A stretch of DNA of 64,000 nt. Source: Longimicrobiales bacterium. Its GTDB lineage: Bacteria; Gemmatimonadota; Gemmatimonadetes; Longimicrobiales; Gaopeijiaceae. Shown one piece after another: positions 49,361 to 57,958 of the stretch (position 1 is the stretch's first letter; the number at the start of each line of letters is the position of its first letter). A program made the translations under genes and the position numbers. The notes beneath the pieces are model-generated. The model searched no databases and was not told the origin of the DNA. It worked only from the letters and a program-made list of their open reading frames with translations. The stretch spans positions 1,568,220-1,632,219 of the forward strand of contig OZ242328.1 in assembly GCA_965208295.1 (NCBI GenBank), given 5' to 3'.

Positions 49361-50279
49361 GGGGCCTTTCGGCCGTCCCGCTGGTCCCGATCAGGGTCGC
49401 GCCTTGAAGCTGAGAGCAGTGAGCCCCTTTTGATGAGAGATCGGAGACGAAAGCGAGTGAGAATCCCCACGGCATACGCAGAAAACTATGTGAAGGCCCG
49501 GCCACACGATCCGGTGGCCGTGGACAACTATATCAGGCATACGGGCATCGGCGACCCGGTGCTCGACCCGATCATGGAGGAGCTTTCCGACATGGCTCCG
49601 GGCGAGCTGCACCGTTTCATCGGGGCCGGTATCGAGGGGCACGATCACGTTCTGCGCGCTGCACCGGAGCTCCTGCGCGACTTCTTCAAGAACCTTGAAG
49701 AGCCTTCCTGGCTGGATTATGAAGCCCTGCGTCCGGGGATCCGCGCCTTCCACAAGAATGTGGACCTCATGCTGGTCGCGTTCGTCACCGGCGTGCTTGT
49801 GGAGGGCTTCTCGACGCTCATCGCCAAGTCGTTCAACATCACCGGGCGGGTGGGGTCGACGACAAGGCGCTTGCAGCAGAACAACCGCCACATGATGGAC
49901 ATTTTCTTCCCCCACGGTCTGCGGAGAGAAGGCGACGGGTGGAAGCTGTCCGCGCGCATTCGCTTCGTGCATACCCGGATCAGGAGCCTGCTCGCCCAGT
50001 CGGCCGACTGGGACCACGAAGCCTGGGGCAACCCGGTCAGCGCGGCGCACCTCGGTTTCGCCATTTCCGTCTTTTCAAAACGGCTGCTGGAGTACTCGCT
50101 GCTGGTGGGCGCCCAGTTCACCAAGGAAGAACAACAGAGCGTAATGGATGTCTGGCGCTACGCCGGATACGTGATGGGCATCCCGGAGAGCATTCTCTAC
50201 GCCACCACCTCGGATGCGGAGAGAATCTACAAAATCAGCTATCAGTGCGAGCCGCCGCCAGACCCCGATTCGGTAGCCG

Positions 50280-52007
50280 TGTCGCGCCGATTTAGAAATG
50301 TCCTCCCTTAGCGAAGTAGAAATGTCCTCTTTCGGATCATGGTCGGTCAACGACGAAACCGGATCCGGGAGAGGAGCACATGGACTTGAGTCTGAAGGAG
50401 AGGGATCGCATCTCGGTGTTGAGACAGGTGAAGGAGGGAGTGCTTAGCGTGGCTGTGGGGGCGGCGCGGCTCGGGGTGACGCGACGGCATTTTCGCAGGT
50501 TGCGCCGGAAGTTCGAGGCTGAGGGCGATGCGGCCGTAGTGCACGGACTGCGCGGGCGGCGGTCGAACAGGGCGTTGCCGCGGGGGTTTCGAGAGCGGGC
50601 GCTGGAAGTCGCGAGGGAACCGCTGTACCGAGACTTCGGGCCTACGCTGCTCGCCGAGCACCTGGAGAGAAGCTTCGCGCTGCGGGTGAGCCCGGACACG
50701 CTGCGGGGCTGGATGATGGAGGCCGGCCTGTGGAAGCGGCAGCGCAGACGGGCCAAGCACCGCAGCCGGCGTCCGCGGCGGGCGGCGCTGGGCGAGCTGG
50801 AGCAGTGGGACAGCTCGGTGCATGCGTGGCTGGAGGACCGGGCTGCGGGCGACCAGGTGCTGATCTCGATCCATGACGATGCGACGAGCCGGCTGATGAT
50901 GACCCGCTTTGTCGAGCGCGACGACGGTGCGGAGAACCGCCGGGCGATCATCGGATACTTACAGCGCCACGGCCGCCCCCTGGCTGTCTACACGGACCAC
51001 GCCGGACACTTCGGGCAGTGGCTGGCGAAGAAGGAGGAGCGGACCGATACGATCATCTCACGAGCGCTGGGCGAGTTGGGGGTCGAGGTGATCCTGGCGG
51101 GCTCTCCCCAGGCGAAGGGACGAGTCGAGCGGACCTTCGGTACGGCGCAGGACCGCCTGATCAAGGAGATGCGGGTGGCAGGGATCTCCACCCTTGACGC
51201 AGCGAACCGCTTCCTGGCCGACTCCTGGGTTCCGTTCTGGAACAAGCGCTTCGTGGTCGAGCCCGAGAATGCCCTCGACGCGCACCGGCCCTTGCCGGCC
51301 GGCATCGACCTGGAGGCCCTGTTTGCCGAGACGGAGACTCGGAAGGTGGCCCGTGACTTCATCATCCGCTTCAAGAACCGGTACTGGCAGATCCCGGAGC
51401 AGGAGGCCCGCGGTGTTCGGCCGGGTGACGAGGTCGTCGTTGAGCGCCGACTATGCGGGGACATCCACTTCCGGATCGGCCAACGCTACCTGGCCGTCGA
51501 GTCCCTGGGTCGGGCCGGTCCTCCGACAACACCGACGAAGACTCAGCGCGCGAAGCCCCGCAAGCCGGGGTCCAAGCCGCCGAAGCCCGCACCGGACCAT
51601 CCATGGCGAAAGCAAAACCACGCGAATGCCCAGATGGCCACGGCCCGGCGGGACCAGCGGCTCGCGGAAGAGGCTGCGCGAAGCAATGGAAAGCCTGCCG
51701 AGCCGCCGCATGCCGGACTCGCGAGCGGCGCTGATGGCCGGGGACCTCGCCGGAAATCGGATGCGGGATCGGTATGATCACCGCCTCATGGCCCCACCGA
51801 CCGGCCAACACAGGGTCGACCCAACCCAACGCGACCGCCGGCAACCCCCCGATCTCCGGGCCGGGCAAGCCCGTCCCTCCGATCGGGGGGTCCCACTACC
51901 CACCCCACCCCCAACCCGCTCAGGCTGGCCGGGGGTGGCAAACACTCACCCAGGGGGGGACATTTCTATTTCGCTCTACCCCCGGACATTTCTATTCCGG
52001 TTTGACA
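50280..52007 (+). mobile_element. ISNCY-family (IS1202-group-like) insertion sequence, 1728 bp
   Basis: Imperfect terminal IRs start with TGTC on both ends, and each end carries two TAGAAATGTCC boxes. It is flanked by a 17-bp direct repeat CCCCGATTCGGTAGCCG (50263-50279 and 52008-52024). One transposase gene. Confidence 0.8.
50380..51777 (+). CDS. ISNCY-family transposase (HTH + rve integrase core)
   Basis: LSLKERDRISVLRQVKEG..., GLRGRRSNRALP..., GELEQWDSSVHAWLEDR... and ...IHDDATSRLMMTRFVE...AVYTDHAGHFG are typical of ISNCY/IS1202-type DDE transposases. Confidence 0.85.
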   Translation: MDLSLKERDRISVLRQVKEGVLSVAVGAARLGVTRRHFRRLRRKFEAEGDAAVVHGLRGRRSNRALPRGFRERALEVAREPLYRDFGPTLLAEHLERSFALRVSPDTLRGWMMEAGLWKRQRRRAKHRSRRPRRAALGELEQWDSSVHAWLEDRAAGDQVLISIHDDATSRLMMTRFVERDDGAENRRAIIGYLQRHGRPLAVYTDHAGHFGQWLAKKEERTDTIISRALGELGVEVILAGSPQAKGRVERTFGTAQDRLIKEMRVAGISTLDAANRFLADSWVPFWNKRFVVEPENALDAHRPLPAGIDLEALFAETETRKVARDFIIRFKNRYWQIPEQEARGVRPGDEVVVERRLCGDIHFRIGQRYLAVESLGRAGPPTTPTKTQRAKPRKPGSKPPKPAPDHPWRKQNHANAQMATARRDQRLAEEAARSNGKPAEPPHAGLASGADGRGPRRKSDAGSV

Positions 52008-52449
52008 CCCCGATTCGGTAGCCGTGGCCAACATGCTGATCCAGTCGATACCGTCCGTAGCGGACGTCACGGACCCGACCGAGGAGAAGAAGCTCGTGAG
52101 GCTGGCGTACCGCCTTTCGCGATCGCTCATCGGCGACAGGCTCGCTACCGCCTTCGACTTTCCGAAGAAGTCGCCCTGGGACGTTGCGACACTCTTCCAG
52201 TACCGGACGAAACAGCGAGTGCTGCGATGTCTGGCGGGGACCCAGAAGGTTCGGGCCCACAATTTCACTCAGCTTCTCCAGATCTCGGTGTACGACGAGG
52301 AAGGACTGAGCTACAGGATGCCCGACCACGTCCACACGGCGAAATCGATCAACTGGTGAGGCCGGTTGGCAGGTAGCAGCCCGGGTACAGACCCCCTGCG
52401 GCATTCGAGCGGCGATGCATCCTCTCGCGCGCGCTGTGGAGAATCCACC

Positions 52450-52593
52450 ATGCCTTCCCTGCACACGCTTCTGGTCCGGTCCAGCCGCACCTTCGCCGTT
52501 GGGATCGAGAGCCTTCCGGAGGCGCTCCGCGAGGAAATCACCGTCGCGTACCGGCTGCTTCGCGTTTCCGACTACCTGGTGTGCGGGATTTGA
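52450..52593 (+). pseudogene. N-terminal fragment of a squalene/phytoene-synthase-family gene
   Basis: MPSLHTLLVRSSRTFAVGIESLPEALREEITVAYRLLRVSDYL matches the SRSF...LP..LR...YL.lR..D N-terminus of the family. It then stops after about 47 codons. Confidence 0.4.
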
Positions 52594-52663
52594 TTGGACA
52601 CGAATTCCCGCCATTCAGATCCCTTTTTCCGGCCATTTCGACAACCCGTGAGGCGGCAAGTGC

Positions 52664-52757
52664 TCTCGGCTGCCGGGAGACGCTGGTATTGGACCTCAGG
52701 CATGTGCGAGACGCCTGCTCAGCGGCTCCGCCACCCACTTGGGCAGGACGGCCTGTG
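52664..52757 (-). pseudogene. Copy of the abiEi 3' end / abiEii 5' start junction
   Basis: Aligns base-for-base, with few mismatches, to 54415-54508. It encodes ...VLPKWVAEPLSRRLAHA* and MPEVQYQRLPAA.... Confidence 0.55.
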
Positions 52758-53196
52758 GGAGCGGGGGCCCGATACGAGATCCTTCGAGCTCATTCGCGAC
52801 TATCATGCCGCCTGGGCGACGATAGCCGGAGGAGGGGGACGGCTGTTCGTGGCGACCCTCGGTGGGGATTCGCTGGAGGTGTCCGCCTATCGGGCCGGCG
52901 ACGGTACGGGGGAATTGTCCCGAGATCCGGTGGAGCTGGCGGGGTTGCCGCGGGGCGGGCTGCGCGGGATGATCGCTAGCCGGGAGGGGTCGTTGTGGAT
53001 CGTGGAAGAGGCGGACGAATCCACGGTGTTTCACGTGTTTGGGGAGTCGGGGGGTGGGTGGGTCCGGCAGGGGAGGCTTAGTTTCGGCGGGACGGCGCGG
53101 ATTCTGCATGTGTCGGGGAACAGGGCTGTGTTTCTGCATTTCGACGAGTTGGACCGGGAGACGGTGGTGGTTGGGCGGGCGGCTGTGAGGCCGTAA
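52750..53196 (+). pseudogene. 3' fragment of a beta-propeller lipoprotein gene (paralog of 57959-59050)
   Basis: GLWERGPDTRSFELIRDYHAAWATIAGGGGRLFVATLGGDSLEVSAYRAG...FDELDRETVVVGRA is nearly identical to the C-terminal 145 aa of the 57959 gene. No N-terminal part or signal peptide is present. Confidence 0.65.
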
Positions 53197-53383
53197 TGGG
53201 GTCTGTCGTGCTCAGATGGCGGGACAATCAGTCCAAATAGCGGGCATTTGGCGGACAGTTGACGGCTGCTCTTCCCGTGGGTGCGGGTGCGACGGCATGA
53301 GGGAGCCGTGCCCTCCACCGGCGAGAGGCTGTCCGGTACGGGACCGCGATCAGCAATCTGCGAGCAGGGAGGGGTCGATGCTC

Positions 53384-53412
53384 TTGATTGCACTGCAATC
53401 ACGCGGTAACCT
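53384..53412 (+). promoter_or_regulatory. Candidate promoter (TTGATT-N17-TAACCT) with embedded palindrome GATTGCA-C-TGCAATC upstream of vapB2
   Basis: The palindrome at 53386-53400 lies about 50 nt upstream of the vapB2 ATG. GAGGAGG SD at 53434-53440. Confidence 0.4.
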
Positions 53413-53449
53413 TCTCCGCACGTTCCACACCACGAGGAGGTAACGGCCA

Positions 53450-53695
53450 ATGGCGAGTATCACGATCCGCAATCTCGACGACGACGTCAAAACGCGCCTT
53501 CGCGTACGCGCCGCCGAGCATCACCGTTCGATGGAGGAAGAAGCGCGAATCATCCTGCGTGAAGCCGTGACTGACCGTCGCGCCGGTCCGCGGAATCTCG
53601 CGACGTTCACCCGCCAGTGCTTCGCGTCACTTGGCGGCGTTGAACTCGAACTGCCCCCGCGCGGCCCGATGCGCGGGCCTCCGGATTTCTCCTGA
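53450..53695 (+). CDS. vapB: FitA/Arc-type ribbon-helix-helix antitoxin
   Basis: MASITIRNLDDDVKTRLRVRAAEHHRSMEEEARIILREAV is the classical FitA-like antitoxin N-terminus. Confidence 0.8.
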   Translation: MASITIRNLDDDVKTRLRVRAAEHHRSMEEEARIILREAVTDRRAGPRNLATFTRQCFASLGGVELELPPRGPMRGPPDFS

Positions 53696-53701
53696 GCTTC
53701 C

Positions 53702-54130
53702 ATGTTCGTCATAGATACGAATGTCGCGTCCGAACTCATGCGCCCCGAACCGACGGCGGCAGTAGCAGCATGGATCGGTGAGCGCGATGCGCAGGACATG
53801 TATCTGACGGCCGTGAGCGAAGCGGAACTCCTCTACGGCGTCGCGATCATGCCGACCGGCAAGCGGCGGAACGCGCTGGAGGTTGCCATGACAAGCTGGC
53901 TGGATCTCGGCTTTCGAGAACGGATCCTGCCGTTCGACAGCGCCGCGGCCAGAGCCTACGCGGCGATCGCTGCCGAGCGCCGACACGCGGGCCGGCCAAT
54001 CGGCGAGGCCGACTGCCAGATCGCCGCGATATCCCGCTCACGCGGAGCCACTCTGGTCACGCGCAATGTGCGGGACTTCGAGGGTACGGCACTGAATGTG
54101 ATCGATCCCTGGTCGGGGGCTGGTCCATGA
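53702..54130 (+). CDS. vapC: PIN-domain toxin (VapC/FitB type)
   Basis: MFVIDTNVASELMRPEP..., ...SEAELLYG..., ...DCQIAAISRSRGATLVTRNVRDF. Confidence 0.9.
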   Translation: MFVIDTNVASELMRPEPTAAVAAWIGERDAQDMYLTAVSEAELLYGVAIMPTGKRRNALEVAMTSWLDLGFRERILPFDSAAARAYAAIAAERRHAGRPIGEADCQIAAISRSRGATLVTRNVRDFEGTALNVIDPWSGAGP

Positions 54131-54232
54131 TGGAGGCCGCCGCGGGGGCGATCGGCAGCCGATGGCGGCGAGGCAGAGTAGGACCGGCTGTCGATCGCCT
54201 CGTCACCCAGAGGTATGACGTCCATGGCCGGG

Positions 54233-54454
54233 CTACTCATCCATCTTCCAGGGAGCGTTGGCCCTCGTCTCGAGCATCGCGCATCGCTCCATCAGGGAGT
54301 CAAACGGCTCATCGTCGTCCAGCAACATCCCGGTGGGCAACATGGTGGCATCCTTCTCGAGAAGCTGGGTCCGCCGACCGCAGAGCAGTGCCGCCGCCTG
54401 CAGGGCCTCGCGCTTCTCCGCTGCCGGGAGACGATGGTATTGGACCTCAGGCAT
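54233..54454 (-). pseudogene. Truncated AbiEii-type nucleotidyltransferase toxin gene (only about 35 N-terminal codons recognisable)
   Basis: MPEVQYHRLPAAEKREALQAAALLCGRRTQLLEKD matches the AbiEii N-terminus. The sequence then diverges and stops at codon 74, whereas full-length toxins are roughly 300 aa. Confidence 0.55.
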
Positions 54455-55061
54455 GTGCGAGACGCCTGCTCAGCGGCTCCGCCATCCACTTGGGCAGGAT
54501 GGCCTGTGCGGCGACCAGTTCGTCCATGTCCTTCCGCGAGAGCTTGGGCAGCACGGCATCCAGGCTCCTCTCAACCTCGTGGGGACCGAGCCACGAGATC
54601 GCCCGGATGACGGTGCCGGCGGTTCCATGCCCGGCCGCCAGCTGCCAACGCGGAGCATGGAGCAGTCTGACCTGATGGGCCCCGAAATGCAGGAGTCGGT
54701 CGGGACCGGAAGTGAGATAGACCGTGCGTACGGCGTTCTGCGTTGTAAGGCCGAGCCAGTTGGCCGCGTCTCCGCCGTTCGACACGATGGTCTCACCCCA
54801 GAGGCCCGCGAGCGCGGTGATGGCTTGCTCCAGACTCGGTGCGCGAAGACCAAAGCGCGTCTGGATCGGACGCATGTAGACGCCACGGCAAATCCGTAGG
54901 AGCCGCCTCGACCGGGCGAGACGGGACAGCGCCCGGCCCACCGCTGCCCGGTCGCCGAGGTGCAGGAGGTTGTCCGCCTGTATCGGCGTGGCCTCCGGCT
55001 TGGCCTCGGCGTATTCCATTATCCGCTCGGGCAAGCTGTTCATCGCGTCCGCGTTCTCCAT
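54447..55061 (-). CDS. AbiEi/DUF6088-type antitoxin-like transcriptional regulator
   Basis: ...LGDRAAVGRALSRLARSRRLLRICRGVYMRP..., ...GGDAANWLGLTTQNAVRTVYLTSGPDR.... Overlaps the toxin remnant by 8 nt. Start at ATG 55061 or 55043. The track start at 55130 lies in the repeat palindrome. Confidence 0.7.
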   Translation of the reverse strand: MENADAMNSLPERIMEYAEAKPEATPIQADNLLHLGDRAAVGRALSRLARSRRLLRICRGVYMRPIQTRFGLRAPSLEQAITALAGLWGETIVSNGGDAANWLGLTTQNAVRTVYLTSGPDRLLHFGAHQVRLLHAPRWQLAAGHGTAGTVIRAISWLGPHEVERSLDAVLPKLSRKDMDELVAAQAILPKWMAEPLSRRLAHA

Positions 55062-55112
55062 CGCAAGTCGACTCGGTAAGCCCAATATAAGCGTCCGTCG
55101 AGGACTCTGGGG

Positions 55113-55144
55113 TGTGTAACGATTACACACTGCCGCGTGGTGGG
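55113..55144 (+). repeat. Island repeat, copy C, left half (TGTGTAA-CGA-TTACACA + CTGCCGCGTGGTGGG)
   Basis: Identical core to copy A. Cut by the IS21 insertion right after GTGGG. Confidence 0.6.
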
Positions 55145-55331
55145 TGCTGATTCCGGCGCATGCCGATCAGTGATTCCATTCCATGCCGATCACCCATTCC
55201 GGTGCATGCCGATCACGGATTCCGGTGCATGCCGATCACCCTGGAGTGAGCGAGTAGGAGCGCTGGAGAACCTGTTGTAGCGACGCCTTCTTCCATCCTC
55301 GCCGAGGTTCCTTGAGACGAGGAGAGAGAGG

Positions 55332-56900
55332 GTGTCACAGAAGAGGTTGTCCATGCGGAAGATTCGAGAGCTTCTGCGCCTGAAGTACGAGCTCGGGCGC
55401 AGCCACCGAGAGATTGCCGCGTCGGTCGGCATCGCCAACAGCACGGTGAGCGATTACCTGCGGCGGGCAAGGGCGGCGGGCTTCTCGTGGCCGTTGCCAG
55501 CGGGGCTGGACGACGCTGCGCTTGAGGCGGCGCTGTTCCCGGCCCCACCGCCGTCGCGGGTTCGCCGGCCAGAGCCGGACTGGGGACGCGTCCACCAGGA
55601 GCTACACCGCCACAAGGGCGTGACGTTGCAGCTGTTGTGGCTGGAGTACCGCGCGGCTCATCCGGACGGCTATCAGTACAGCTGGTACTGCGAGCGCTAC
55701 AGGGCGTGGCGGAAGCAGCTCGACGTGGTCATGCGGCAGGTCTACCGGGCGGGAGAGAAGGCGTTCGTCGACTACGCGGGCCCGAAGTTCCCGGTTGTGG
55801 ACAGAAGCACCGGGGAGGTGCGCGATGCCATGGTCTTCGTCGGCGTCCTCGGCGCCTCGAACTACACGTTCGTGGACGTGACCCGGACCCGGTCGCTACC
55901 GGACTGGACGATGTCCCACGTCCGGATGTTCGAGTTCTGGGGCGGGGTGCCCGAACTCGTGATCCCGGACAACGAGAAGGCGGCGGTCCGTGAGGCCAGC
56001 CGCTACGAGCCGGACCTGAACCCGACGTACCAGGAACTGGCCACCCACTACGGAACCACGGTGCTGCCGGCGCGGCCCCGGGCACCGCGGGACAAGGCCA
56101 AGGCCGAAGCCGCGGTCCAGCACGTCGAGCGCTGGATCATGGCGCCGCTGCGCAACCATACGTTCTTCTCGCTCGGCGAACTCCGCGAGGCCATCGCGCC
56201 GCTGCTGGCCGCGCTAAACGAACGACCGTTCGATAAGACCGAAGGCAGCCGCCGCAGCTGGTTCGAGGATCTGGACCGGCCGGCGCTCAGGCCGCTTCCG
56301 GCCGAGCGCTACGAGTACGCCCAGTGGCGCAAGGCGCGGGTCAACATCGACTACCACATCCAGGTCGAGCACGCGCTCTACAGCGTGCCCCACCAGCTGG
56401 GCCGTTGCGAGGTCGACGTTCGGCTCACGGCCCAGACCGTCGAGATCTTCCACAAGTACCGCCGGGTCGCCGCGCACCTCCGGGTCCACAGGAAGGGCGG
56501 ATACGCGACCGAACCGTCGCATATGCCGGCTGCCCACCGCGCCCACGCTGAGTGGACGCCGTCGCGGCTCATCGCCTGGGGCCGCAAAGCCGGACCGCAC
56601 ACGGTCGCGTTCATCGAACGACTCCTTGAGAGCCGGCCCCACCCCGAACAGGGCTACCGCAGCTGCCTCGGGCTCATGAGTCTGCTGCGCGCCTACTCTG
56701 CCGAACGTCTGGAGGCCGCCTGCCGCCACGCGCTGGAGATCGGCACGCTGAGCTACCGGTCCGTCAAGTCCATCCTCGCTACCGGCCGCGACCAGACCGC
56801 AGCCGCCGAGCAACACGAACTCTCCCTGCCCGCAGAGCACGCCCACATCCGTGGGCCGCAGTACTACACCACCACTCGCCAGAACGGAAAGGAGTCCTGA
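55332..56900 (+). CDS. istA: IS21-family transposase IstA
   Basis: MSQKRLSMRKIRELLRLKYELGRSHREIAASVGIANSTVSDYL (HTH), then a DDE core (...FVDYAGPKF..., ...PDNEKAAV...). Confidence 0.9.
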   Translation: MSQKRLSMRKIRELLRLKYELGRSHREIAASVGIANSTVSDYLRRARAAGFSWPLPAGLDDAALEAALFPAPPPSRVRRPEPDWGRVHQELHRHKGVTLQLLWLEYRAAHPDGYQYSWYCERYRAWRKQLDVVMRQVYRAGEKAFVDYAGPKFPVVDRSTGEVRDAMVFVGVLGASNYTFVDVTRTRSLPDWTMSHVRMFEFWGGVPELVIPDNEKAAVREASRYEPDLNPTYQELATHYGTTVLPARPRAPRDKAKAEAAVQHVERWIMAPLRNHTFFSLGELREAIAPLLAALNERPFDKTEGSRRSWFEDLDRPALRPLPAERYEYAQWRKARVNIDYHIQVEHALYSVPHQLGRCEVDVRLTAQTVEIFHKYRRVAAHLRVHRKGGYATEPSHMPAAHRAHAEWTPSRLIAWGRKAGPHTVAFIERLLESRPHPEQGYRSCLGLMSLLRAYSAERLEAACRHALEIGTLSYRSVKSILATGRDQTAAAEQHELSLPAEHAHIRGPQYYTTTRQNGKES

Positions 56901-56905
56901 CGAAG

Positions 56906-57658
56906 ATGCTTCGCCAACCCACCCTCGACCTGCTCCACGAACTCCGGCTCACGGGCATGGCCCAGGCCTTCGAGGACCAGACCGCCATGCCCGACATCGC
57001 CGAACTCTCCTTCGACGACCGCCTCTCCCTGCTCCTCGAACGCGAGAAGACCGAACGGGAACAGCGCCGCTACGTGCGCCTCAAGGGCCTCGCCAAGCTC
57101 CACCTCGACGCCACCATCGAAGATCTCAACTTCAAGGCCCCGCGTGGTCTCGACCGCTCCCTCGTGTTGCGCCTCGCCTCCGGGCAGTGGATCCGCGACG
57201 GCCAGACCGTCCTCGTCAGCGGCGCAACCGGGTCGGGGAAGTCGTACCTTGCCTGTGCCCTTGGCCACCAGGCCTGCCGCGCTGGCATCTCGACCCGCTA
57301 CTACCGCGTCTCCCGGCTCCTCGACGAGCTCACGCTAGCCCGGGGCGACGGGTCGTATCCCAAACTCATCCAGCGGCTCGCCAGGACGTGGCTCCTCATC
57401 CTCGACGACTGGGGACTCGCTTCGCTCTCAGGCCAGGGACGACACGACCTCCTCGAGGTCCTCGACGATCGCTATGCCCGCCGTGGCACGCTCCTCGCCA
57501 GCCAGGTCCCCGTCGACCACTGGCACGATGTCGTCGGCGATCCCACCTTCGGCGACGCCATCCTCGACCGACTTCTCAACAACGCCCACCGCATCACCCT
57601 CAAGGGCGCCTCGATGAGAAGGCTCTACGACTCGACAAAGACCAACTCCACACCCTAG
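56906..57658 (+). CDS. istB: IS21 helper ATPase IstB
   Basis: LRLTGMAQAFEDQ..., Walker A SGATGSGKSYLACALG, Walker B LLILDDWG. Confidence 0.9.
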   Translation: MLRQPTLDLLHELRLTGMAQAFEDQTAMPDIAELSFDDRLSLLLEREKTEREQRRYVRLKGLAKLHLDATIEDLNFKAPRGLDRSLVLRLASGQWIRDGQTVLVSGATGSGKSYLACALGHQACRAGISTRYYRVSRLLDELTLARGDGSYPKLIQRLARTWLLILDDWGLASLSGQGRHDLLEVLDDRYARRGTLLASQVPVDHWHDVVGDPTFGDAILDRLLNNAHRITLKGASMRRLYDSTKTNSTP

Positions 57659-57782
57659 ACTCCAACCCTCAACCCCCTCGCCCAGCGCCCCTATGGACCT
57701 CCGCTCCTCCAAGATGATCGGCATGACCTGGAATCTGCGATCGGCTTGCCGGAATCGGTGGTCGGCATCGCTGGAATGGGCA

Positions 57783-57850
57783 GTGGGCAACTGAGGACCA
57801 CCGCGCAGTGGCGGAGCCGAGGGGTTGGGGAACGCTCTGCTCGTCATCGG
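57783..57850 (+). repeat. Island repeat, copy C, right half (GTGGGCAACTGAGGACCACCGCGCAGTGGCGGAGCCGAGGGGTTGGGGAACGC)
   Basis: Continues the copy A alignment exactly where the left half stops. Confidence 0.6.
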
Positions 57851-57958
57851 CGAGACGCTTGACCTGCCGGCTCCGGCCGACCAGGCTCTACCGGAGCGAA
57901 CCGTGGTTGTCGTGGATCGCCACCATGGAGTCGGACTCCCAAACCAAAGGATGCAGCC

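Larger units (their letters stand above)
49433..52359 (+). pseudogene. MpaB/DUF2236-family oxygenase gene split by the ISNCY element
   Basis: The 5' part (49433-50279) ends ...CEPPPDPDSVAV. The 3' part resumes in frame at 52008 with DSVAVANMLIQSIP... and runs to the stop at 52359. Removing the IS and one direct repeat restores one ORF. Confidence 0.7.
55145..57782 (+). mobile_element. IS21-family insertion sequence, 2638 bp
   Basis: Ends are TGCTGATTCCGGCGCATGCCGATC... and ...GATCGGCATCGCTGGAATGGGCA (imperfect IRs). Multiple ATGCCGATCA subterminal repeats. Carries istA and istB. 5-bp direct repeat GTGGG at 55140-55144 and 57783-57787. Confidence 0.85.
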
